NCBI GenBank assembly: GCA_903835075.1
Contig: CAILLM010000008.1
Coordinates: 25,498-89,497, forward strand
DNA: 64,000 bases
Source: Candidatus Staskawiczbacteria bacterium
GTDB lineage: Bacteria; Patescibacteriota; Minisyncoccia; Minisyncoccales; Staskawiczbacteraceae
Reading direction: 5' to 3'
Shown: positions 57,664 through 64,000 of the stretch, one piece after another
How the letters are laid out: every line of letters begins with the position of its first letter
Position numbering within the stretch: position 1 is the stretch's first letter
Translations under genes and position numbers: made by a program
The notes under the pieces: model-generated
What the model saw: only the letters and a program-made list of their open reading frames with translations
Told to the model about the DNA's origin: nothing
Database searches by the model: none

Positions 57664-57878
57664 GATATCAGTATTTTTTTGATTGTTGTTGGAAAGCTGT
57701 TTTAACTTCTTCGATTGTAAAATCTGTTATTGCCTTTCGGCGAATCGAAGTAGTCAATCAAAGCCTACAGGATGGCTCCCTGAATTCGTAGTGAACGCAG
57801 GTTGCTGTGCCTTTTAGAGAAAAGGCACATAAATCTGCGCTCACTTGCTATGTTTTCAATGTACTCTACTATGTCTCT

Positions 57879-57907
57879 ATTATACCACCATTCAGCCACC
57901 TTGTCAA
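57879..57907 (-). promoter_or_regulatory. Perfect-consensus sigma70 promoter on the minus strand (TTGACA-N17-TATAAT) driving transcription into the GC-rich island
   Basis: The minus strand reads TTGACAaggtggctgaatggtggTATAAT; the predicted TSS near 57872 gives a ~210-nt leader before the ATG at 57663. Confidence 0.6.
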
Positions 57908-57991
57908 GGGGTAGAGGACTTTCTACTTCCCTGGCCCAAAACAACAAAAAACCGACCGCTTGGCCAGTTTTTCTATCTTATTATCTTTATT

Positions 57992-58228
57992 TTAATATTC
58001 TAATTTAATTCCGAGTTTTTCAGCAATTTGTAAAAGCCACTTCTCGTGCCGATCAACTTTATGAGAAAGCATTACCAACTCATCAAAAAATTTGTCAGCT
58101 TTTGTTGAGTAAGCATCAACTGAATTCTGAAGTAAATTAAAATTATCCTTTAATTCCTTAAAATCGCTGGCTATTTTGCCAAACTTTTCGTCAAGATATT
58201 CTACTAATTCTGATAAATCTTCTTTCAT
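57992..58228 (-). CDS. Small helical hypothetical protein (78 aa), probably translated from a leaderless or near-leaderless mRNA
   Basis: ATG at 58228 (MKEDLSELVEYLDEKF...); the track start at 58249 is a TTG that overlaps the -10 box. Confidence 0.4.
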   Translation of the reverse strand: MKEDLSELVEYLDEKFGKIASDFKELKDNFNLLQNSVDAYSTKADKFFDELVMLSHKVDRHEKWLLQIAEKLGIKLEY

Positions 58229-58234
58229 ATTTTT

Positions 58235-58262
58235 ATTATACTCTAGCAAAAGTGACTGTCAA
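58235..58262 (-). promoter_or_regulatory. Consensus sigma70 promoter (TTGACA-N16-TATAAT) whose -10 ends 6 nt before the ATG at 58228
   Basis: The minus strand reads TTGACAgtcacttttgctagagTATAATaaaaatATG. Confidence 0.55.
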
Positions 58263-58345
58263 ATTTTTATTTCCTAATTTTTTCTGTAACCACAAAAACG
58301 TCGCTTCGCTCCTTCAAAACCCACGGTTTTGAATAATTTCCTACA

Positions 58346-58370
58346 CGGGAGGATTTACTAAATCCTCCCG
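58346..58370 (-). terminator. Hairpin CGGGAGGATTTactAAATCCTCCCG downstream of the GT2 gene
   Basis: 11-bp perfect stem. Confidence 0.5.
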
Positions 58371-58390
58371 ACCCCTCCTAAGATTTTGGG

Positions 58391-59980
58391 TCACTTTCGA
58401 ATCTTCTCAGTGACCCAAAATCCCATGTATTTGCCTAGCATCAAACGAATTTGGGCGTCCAAGGCGGGCAGCGAACCAAAGACAATTAATGTAACTGGTA
58501 AAAATATCCATTGCAAAAATACTGAAGCGCGCTTTCCAATTCTTTTATACCATTTTATGGTTTTTGGAATTGGTGGCAAAAGCATTGTGCTTAAAATTGC
58601 TGAAACCATCATGCCTGCCAAAGAAACAGTCATAATTTGCCCAGTTAAAATGGGCAAATTAAAAGACAAAATTGTAAAATTAAATTGATGCCCACCCAAA
58701 AGAATTGGCAACCAGCCGAGCATAAAAAGCAAAAGTGAAGCTGTTGCCCAAGACCAAAATCCATCTAAAATTGTGTAAATGTGACCAATTTTTTCGCGCA
58801 AAGGAATTTTTTTGTTTTGAATAAATCCAAACATTATATACGGAATTTCGGCACAACCCCAAGCCCAACGTTTTTGTTGTTTGTATTGATTGATTGCTGT
58901 TCTCCAAACACTTTTTGCCATAACAGCATCCATGGAAGCCAAATAATACATTGGCACAACTCTGTACTTTGCATCATAATTTAAATATGCACGCCAGAAA
59001 ATTCGCGAGTCATCGGAAACAACATTTGCAGGATACCCCACTTCAAAAAATACTTTTGCGGGAGTGGAATGCGAAGAGTATGTTGTAAGTTTTTCTGAGC
59101 GCTCTTGCTGAATCATTTGCCAAAAAGTATTTGAAGTTGAAACAACTCTGGCAAAAGCAGAAGCTGTCCAAATGTTGTTGTTGTAAACAGGAATTGGCTG
59201 ATAGCTGGCACTCTCTGGGTTTTCTTCTGTTAAATATAAATAAGTCAGCCGTGCAAAATATTGCGGAAAAACTTTTGTATCTATGTCAAAAGTAGAAATT
59301 AAAATATTTTCGTAAGGAATTCTTAATTCATCAATTATTTTTTCTTTTACTTGCTTACCTGCATATGCGGTATTTGAACCCTTACCTGCGATTTCACCCT
59401 CTATATTGTCTGGGTGCACAACAACCATAAATTTATAAAATTCGTGAGAATGTTTATTGGCAATAATTCTGGCTTGTTTTTCAAAGTTTTCACCAGCCCT
59501 GGCCTCAACCGCCAAAACAATAATCATTTTTTCTTTGGGATAATCACACTTGATTAAGGTTTCCAAACTTTCTTCTATCAAATCTTCTTCTTCTTGGTAT
59601 GTTGGTAAAATAATTACATGATAAATATTTTTCCAGCTTGCCCTGAGCGACCTGCCCTGAGTGAAGTCGAAGGGAGTCGAAGGGTTTTTCAATTCTTTCA
59701 ATTCTTTTAGCCAATCAACCTTCATATTTTTTTTAACTCTAAAATATCCTACAACTTGGTGCAAAGAAAAATAAAAAACTCTAAAAAGATAGTAAAAACA
59801 AAAACAAATAATAAAAATAGCAATTTGTGCTGGAAACAACCACGACAAAATAAGCACGCCAAAAAGCGTGCTTAAACTCATAACACCGGGAATAATCTCA
59901 AAAAATCTGTAAAGTCTTCTGTCTTTCGGATTTTTTAAGTCCGAAGCTTTTGAGATGTCTAAATAATCTTTTTTCTCCAT
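58391..59980 (-). CDS. Processive family-2 glycosyltransferase (cellulose/chitin-synthase-like integral membrane GT2)
   Basis: N-terminal TM helices, GT-A catalytic region with D..D, and the Q-x-x-R-W motif (QQKRWAWG) followed by C-terminal TM helices. Contains the in-frame GC-rich insertion FDFTQGRSLRAS at 59641-59690. Confidence 0.65.
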   Translation of the reverse strand: MEKKDYLDISKASDLKNPKDRRLYRFFEIIPGVMSLSTLFGVLILSWLFPAQIAIFIICFCFYYLFRVFYFSLHQVVGYFRVKKNMKVDWLKELKELKNPSTPFDFTQGRSLRASWKNIYHVIILPTYQEEEDLIEESLETLIKCDYPKEKMIIVLAVEARAGENFEKQARIIANKHSHEFYKFMVVVHPDNIEGEIAGKGSNTAYAGKQVKEKIIDELRIPYENILISTFDIDTKVFPQYFARLTYLYLTEENPESASYQPIPVYNNNIWTASAFARVVSTSNTFWQMIQQERSEKLTTYSSHSTPAKVFFEVGYPANVVSDDSRIFWRAYLNYDAKYRVVPMYYLASMDAVMAKSVWRTAINQYKQQKRWAWGCAEIPYIMFGFIQNKKIPLREKIGHIYTILDGFWSWATASLLLFMLGWLPILLGGHQFNFTILSFNLPILTGQIMTVSLAGMMVSAILSTMLLPPIPKTIKWYKRIGKRASVFLQWIFLPVTLIVFGSLPALDAQIRLMLGKYMGFWVTEKIRK

Positions 59981-59990
59981 GATATAAACT

Positions 59991-60028
59991 GGCTTGCCCT
60001 GAGCGAGCGAAGCGAGTCGAAGAGTGGC
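59991..60028. repeat. Intergenic full-length copy of the GC-rich element: GGCTTGCCCTGAGCGAGCGAAGCGAGTCGAAGAGTGGCC
   Basis: The termini CTTGCCCTGAG...GTCGAAG(G) match the in-frame copies in uvrC, tsaD, rnhA, the GT2 gene and the 16508 gene. Confidence 0.7.
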
Positions 60029-60089
60029 CCTACCGGGATTTGAACCCGGGTTTTATGCTTGAAAAGCACGCGTCCTAGACCAGGCTAGA
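60015..60089 (-). tRNA. tRNA-Glu (anticodon TTC)
   Basis: Minus strand: acceptor GGCCCTA/TAGGGCC, D-arm TCGTCTAGCCTGGTCTAGGAC typical of tRNA-Glu, anticodon loop TTTTCAA, T-arm CCGGGTTCAAATCCCGG, discriminator A. Confidence 0.7.
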
Positions 60090-60161
60090 CGATAGGGCCT
60101 TGTCATATATAAATAAATACTAACCCGAAAATTGAAATAATTCAAGGTTTGGTGTAAGATT

Positions 60162-61364
60162 ATGCATAAAAGCATGAAAATATTAGCCATAGAAACATCT
60201 TGTGATGACACGGGAGTTGCTGTTTTAGAGGTTTCTAAAACCAGTAATTTTAAAGTTTTATCTAATGTCATTGCCTCACAAATAAAAGTCCACCAAAAAT
60301 ATGGCGGAGTTTTTCCCATGATGGCGAAGCGTGAACACCAGCGCAATTTAGTTCCTGTTTTTATGCGCGCGCTAAAACAGGCTAAATTGCTGAAAATTTC
60401 TAATTCCCAATTTCTAATTTCTAAAACAGAAAAAATAAAAGAAATCTTAGGGCGGGAACCGGAACTTTATAAAAAATTAGTTTCTTTTCTAAAAAAATAT
60501 GATAAGCCAAAAGTAGATTTTATCTCGGTTACAAATGGCCCGGGGCTAGAACCATGTCTTTGGGTTGGAGTTAATTTTGCAAAAGCCTTGTCTTACGTTT
60601 GGGATATTCCAGTAATTCCTGTTAACCACATAGAGGGGCATATTTTGGTAAACTTTCTTAATCCTAGACCCCATGCCCTAAATCCTAAATCCTTCCCCGC
60701 TATTGCTCTAGTTGTTTCTGGGGGGCATACACAAATTATTTTAGTTAGAAAACCCTTCGGCGCGGCTCAGGGCAAGTTGTTCAGTTATGAAATTTTAGGT
60801 GAAACCAGAGATGACGCTGCTGGTGAATGTTTTGATAAATGCGCAAAAATTTTAGGATTGGGTTATCCTGGCGGACCAATTATTTCAAAAATGGCTGAAG
60901 GCATAAAACCAACAAACACCCTCCCCCGCCCAATGTTTAATACAAAAGATTATGATTTTAGTTTTTCAGGATTAAAAACAGCCGTGTTATATGCCGACAG
61001 AAAGGTTGCAAACAAAAATATAAATTATAAGCGCGCGATGTCTGCTGAAGTTCAGCAAGCAATAATAGATGTTTTAATTAAAAAAACTACAAAAGCAATT
61101 AAAGATTTTGGTGCTAAATCTTTAATTTTAGGGGGAGGAGTTTCAGCGAATAAAGAACTGCGAAAACAATTTAAGGCCTGCCTACTCGGGCAGGAAAAAC
61201 TCATAGACACAGAATTAATTTTCCCCGAACCAAAACTATCAACAGACAACGGGTTAATGATTGCAGTAACAGGATATTTTAACAGAAGAAATAGCCTTCA
61301 ACCCGGCTCAGTCCAAGCCAAAAAATGGGAAAAAATTGTTGCAAACGGAAACTTAAGAATTTAA
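60162..61364 (+). CDS. tsaD: tRNA N6-adenosine threonylcarbamoyltransferase TsaD (Kae1/YgjD)
   Basis: MKILAIETSCDDTGVAVL (canonical start probably the ATG at 60174), metal-binding HIEGHI, ASKH-fold. Contains a ~50-aa insertion and the in-frame GC-rich element PFGAAQGKLF at 60753-60776. Confidence 0.85.
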   Translation: MHKSMKILAIETSCDDTGVAVLEVSKTSNFKVLSNVIASQIKVHQKYGGVFPMMAKREHQRNLVPVFMRALKQAKLLKISNSQFLISKTEKIKEILGREPELYKKLVSFLKKYDKPKVDFISVTNGPGLEPCLWVGVNFAKALSYVWDIPVIPVNHIEGHILVNFLNPRPHALNPKSFPAIALVVSGGHTQIILVRKPFGAAQGKLFSYEILGETRDDAAGECFDKCAKILGLGYPGGPIISKMAEGIKPTNTLPRPMFNTKDYDFSFSGLKTAVLYADRKVANKNINYKRAMSAEVQQAIIDVLIKKTTKAIKDFGAKSLILGGGVSANKELRKQFKACLLGQEKLIDTELIFPEPKLSTDNGLMIAVTGYFNRRNSLQPGSVQAKKWEKIVANGNLRI

Positions 61365-61374
61365 AAAAAATCCG

Positions 61375-61746
61375 TTAAGGTCTTTCGACTTTAACGGCAT
61401 TAGAGGGGCCATGCTTGGCAGTTTCTTTTCTCCCAAGCATATTTGCCTCCTCTTTAAGACAACACATTTTGCAAACTCCAAATGAACCTTCAGGATTGCT
61501 TTTTGTAAAAGCTTCGTGACAAGTGGCACAGGTGATACCATCGCCTCCAAATTTAGCCATTATTGCATCGGGCGCAAAAAAGTCCATGGGCACACTCTTC
61601 GGTGTCATGCAAAGGGCAATCAGCGATATGACCATAAGGATAACCCCGTAGAAAAGCGCAAGCTCAATTCCAAAATATGGGCCAAAAATTGCGACAAGTG
61701 CTCCTGAGAGAAACGCAATCACCTCAATAATCGTTTTGATTTTCAT
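61375..61746 (-). CDS. Small membrane protein with C-terminal Cys-rich zinc-ribbon-like tail (CATCHEAF...CKMCC)
   Basis: Two N-terminal TM helices; the C-terminal C-x2-C-H and C-x2-C-C suggest a metal-binding knuckle. Confidence 0.3.
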   Translation of the reverse strand: MKIKTIIEVIAFLSGALVAIFGPYFGIELALFYGVILMVISLIALCMTPKSVPMDFFAPDAIMAKFGGDGITCATCHEAFTKSNPEGSFGVCKMCCLKEEANMLGRKETAKHGPSNAVKVERP

Positions 61747-61750
61747 GACA

Positions 61751-61957
61751 TTAGTTTTTCTGTAATTTTGATTGTTCGTCCTTCAGTGCGGTAGTTTGGT
61801 TGGTAAGGTTTTGCGCAAAAAGACCCAATCCTATCCAAGCTAAATCCGCTGCCAATATGACAATTCCGACAATTCCCACCCATATATGTCCGCAAATTCC
61901 ACCGCATACCATGGTGATGATGGCTAATATAATCCAAACGCAATCAATAGGTTTCAT
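61751..61957 (-). CDS. Small 2-TM membrane protein
   Basis: 68 aa. Its stop is 5 nt upstream of the next gene's start, forming a two-gene membrane cassette. Confidence 0.3.
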   Translation of the reverse strand: MKPIDCVWIILAIITMVCGGICGHIWVGIVGIVILAADLAWIGLGLFAQNLTNQTTALKDEQSKLQKN

Positions 61958-62092
61958 GATAGTTCCCTTCTATGATTAAAATGTTTTCAAGATGCTGTCG
62001 AATGTGGAATATTATTATTTTATTTTTACGCTTATTAAAAATTTATGCAAGCCCCGTGACATAAAACAATAATTTTGATAATATAAAAACAT

Positions 62093-64000
62093 ATGGAATT
62101 ACCTTCTAATTACAACTCAAAAGAAGTTGAAGATAAAATTTACCAGCTTTGGGAAAAGAGTGGTTTTTTTGCGCCCGAGGCGCACCAACCTAGGGCTGGT
62201 AATCCAAACAGAAATAAAACTTTCTGCATAATAATGCCCCCAACAAACGCCAATGGAAATTTGCATGCTGGCCATGCTTTGGTTATGACAATTGAGGACA
62301 TTATGACCCGCTACAAAAGAATGCGAGGCTATAAAACTTTGTGGTTACCAGGACTAGACCACGCCGGATTTGAAACGCAAGTTGTTTATGAAAAAAAACT
62401 GGAAAAAGAAGGAAAAAGCCGTTTTAAAATGGCTCCCGAAGAATTATATAAAGAAATTACCGGGTTCACCAATGAGAACAAAAAAAATATAACCAACCAA
62501 GTTAAAAAAATGGGAGCCAGTTGTGATTGGAGCCGAGAACAATTTACCTTAGATAAAAATATAATAAAAATTGTTTATAATACTTTTGAAAAACTTTACA
62601 AAGATAATTTAATTTACAGGGGTAAGAAAATAATAAACTGGTGTACAAAGCATCAAACTTCCCTTTCAGACCTAGAAACCGCTGACGTTGAAAAACAAGA
62701 TAAGTTTTATTATTTAAAATATGGCCCATTTACAATTGCCACTGCTCGCCCCGAAACAAAATTTGGTGATAAATATGTGGTAATGCATCCAAAAGACAAA
62801 CGATATTCAGATTACACAGACGGTCAAAAAATTGACTTAGAATGGATAAATGGCCCCATAACTGCGACTGTAATTAAAGACGAAGCCATAGACATGGATT
62901 TTGGAACGGGTGTTATGACAATTACACCTTGGCACGATGCAGTAGACTTTGGAATTGCCGAACGTCACAATTTAGAAAAAGAACAAATTATAGATTTCTA
63001 TGGAAAACTTTTGCCAATTGCAGGAGAATTTTCTGGCATGAAAATTACAGAAGCCCGACCTTTAATTATTGATAAATTACAAGCAAAAGGATTGGTTGAA
63101 AAAATAGAAGAAAACTATAAACACGTTGTAAAAACTTGTTATAAGTGTGGTTCTTTAATAGAACCACAAATAAAAGAACAGTGGTTTTTAAAAATGTCCG
63201 CCCAAGGTGGATCCGCCTCGGGCGGAAAGTCTTTGGCAAAACCTGCGATAGACGCAATTAAGTCGGGAAAAATTAAATTTATCCCAGAACACTATAAAAA
63301 AATTGCCCTACATTGGCTAAATAATATTATTGATTGGAATATTTCTAGGCAAATTGTTTGGGGCATACCAATTCCGGCAAAAACTTGTGAGAAGTGTAAC
63401 GAAATTTTTATTGATGTTGAAGACAAAATAACTTCTTGCAAAAAATGTGGCGGAAATTTAATAAAAGAAACCGACACTTTTGACACTTGGTTTTCTTCGG
63501 GACAATGGCCGTATGCAGTTTTAGACTACCCAAAGGGTAAAGATTTTAAAACTTTTTATCCCACTGACATTATGGAAACTGGAGGAGACTTAATTTTCTT
63601 TTGGGTGAGCAGAATGATAATGTTTTCTTTGTATAACACGGGCAAAATTCCGTTTAAAATAGTTTACTTGCACGGGCTGGTTATGGATGCCAAGGGACAA
63701 AAAATGTCAAAATCTAAAGGAAATGTTATAAACCCCTTAGACCTAACAGATAAATTTGGCACAGATGCTTTACGAATTGGTTTGGTTGTTGGCAACACTC
63801 CTGGCACTTCCCTGCCGTTAGATGAAAATAAAATAAAAGCATACAGAAATTTTGCTACAAAAATTTGGAACGCCAGCAGGTTTGTTCTAATGAACTTAGA
63901 AGGCTACAACGAAAATGCAAAAATCGCATTTACCGCAAACGACAAAAAAATATTGGGAGAATTTAAAAAAATAACAAAAGAAATAACCAAAGAAATGGAT
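62093..64000 (+). CDS. valS: Valyl-tRNA synthetase (N-terminal ~635 aa; continues beyond the window)
   Basis: MELPSNYNSKEVEDKIYQLWEKSGFF, HIGH-type PPTNANGNLHAGHA, KMSKSKGN at ~63700. The frame is open to the window end. Confidence 0.85.
   Translation, partial: MELPSNYNSKEVEDKIYQLWEKSGFFAPEAHQPRAGNPNRNKTFCIIMPPTNANGNLHAGHALVMTIEDIMTRYKRMRGYKTLWLPGLDHAGFETQVVYEKKLEKEGKSRFKMAPEELYKEITGFTNENKKNITNQVKKMGASCDWSREQFTLDKNIIKIVYNTFEKLYKDNLIYRGKKIINWCTKHQTSLSDLETADVEKQDKFYYLKYGPFTIATARPETKFGDKYVVMHPKDKRYSDYTDGQKIDLEWINGPITATVIKDEAIDMDFGTGVMTITPWHDAVDFGIAERHNLEKEQIIDFYGKLLPIAGEFSGMKITEARPLIIDKLQAKGLVEKIEENYKHVVKTCYKCGSLIEPQIKEQWFLKMSAQGGSASGGKSLAKPAIDAIKSGKIKFIPEHYKKIALHWLNNIIDWNISRQIVWGIPIPAKTCEKCNEIFIDVEDKITSCKKCGGNLIKETDTFDTWFSSGQWPYAVLDYPKGKDFKTFYPTDIMETGGDLIFFWVSRMIMFSLYNTGKIPFKIVYLHGLVMDAKGQKMSKSKGNVINPLDLTDKFGTDALRIGLVVGNTPGTSLPLDENKIKAYRNFATKIWNASRFVLMNLEGYNENAKIAFTANDKKILGEFKKITKEITKEMD

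Noticed and set aside
57277-57705. Plus-strand track ORFs 57277..57705 and 57287..57682 in the GC island
   Set aside because: They overlap each other and the minus-strand ORF; open frames on all strands are expected in 55% GC DNA. No plus-strand promoter sits between the recG terminator and these starts (one begins with GTG). Only the minus strand has a consensus promoter plus terminator.
57250-57960. tmRNA, RNase P RNA or SRP RNA in the GC-rich island
   Set aside because: No tRNA-like 5'/3' ends ending in CCA, no GGAAAGUCCGG / ACAGAANCCGGCUUA P4 elements in the transcribed orientation, and no SRP domain IV motif. The one GAAAGUCC match lies upstream of the promoter.
60053-60346. Track ORF 60053..60346(-)
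   Set aside because: It overlaps tRNA-Glu and the 5' end of tsaD on the opposite strand; no independent support.
1-64000. CRISPR arrays, rRNA genes, transposase or integrase genes
   Set aside because: No regularly spaced direct repeats with unique spacers, no rRNA-like conserved blocks, and no ORF with DDE, Tyr- or Ser-recombinase signatures in this window.

Overview
This 64 kb window is an AT-rich (roughly one-third GC by eye), gene-dense bacterial chromosome segment. Gene content and architecture look like a Candidate Phyla Radiation / Patescibacteria (Parcubacteria-like) genome. The recognisable genes include housekeeping and DNA-repair functions, seven of them in the conserved rpsF-ssb-rpsR, rpoB-rpoC and tRNA loci, and several sugar-metabolism enzymes. 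Five tRNAs are present. A contiguous 13.6 kb block encodes a complete type IV pilus / natural-competence machinery: pilM, pilN/O-like, pilB, pilT, pilC, two pilA, pilD, three minor pilins, a Cys-rich pilin-like candidate adhesin, then comFC. Anomalies against this background: (1) a family of short GC-rich palindromic elements built on CCCTTCGAC...CTCAGGGCAAG, inserted in-frame into uvrC, tsaD, rnhA, a GT2 glycosyltransferase and a hypothetical gene, and also found intergenically, much like the in-frame palindromic repeats of Rickettsia; (2) an HNH endonuclease gene inserted into the conserved rpsF-ssb-rpsR operon; (3) a compositionally distinct island between ftsK and rpoC in which a PaaX/Cas2-fold-like gene is bracketed by two identical 30-bp palindromes; (4) a ~700-bp GC-rich island after recG driven by a perfect TTGACA-N17-TATAAT promoter on the minus strand, containing a small high-GC3 ORF; (5) a recurring CCTGCC...GGCAGG palindrome upstream of several genes; (6) a duplicated tRNA-Leu 3' end (possible relic att site); (7) duplicated promoter modules with two perfect 20-22 bp palindromes in front of two acidic hypothetical genes. 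The six-frame track uses alternative start codons, so several N-termini are probably over-extended; corrected starts are given where the sequence allows.
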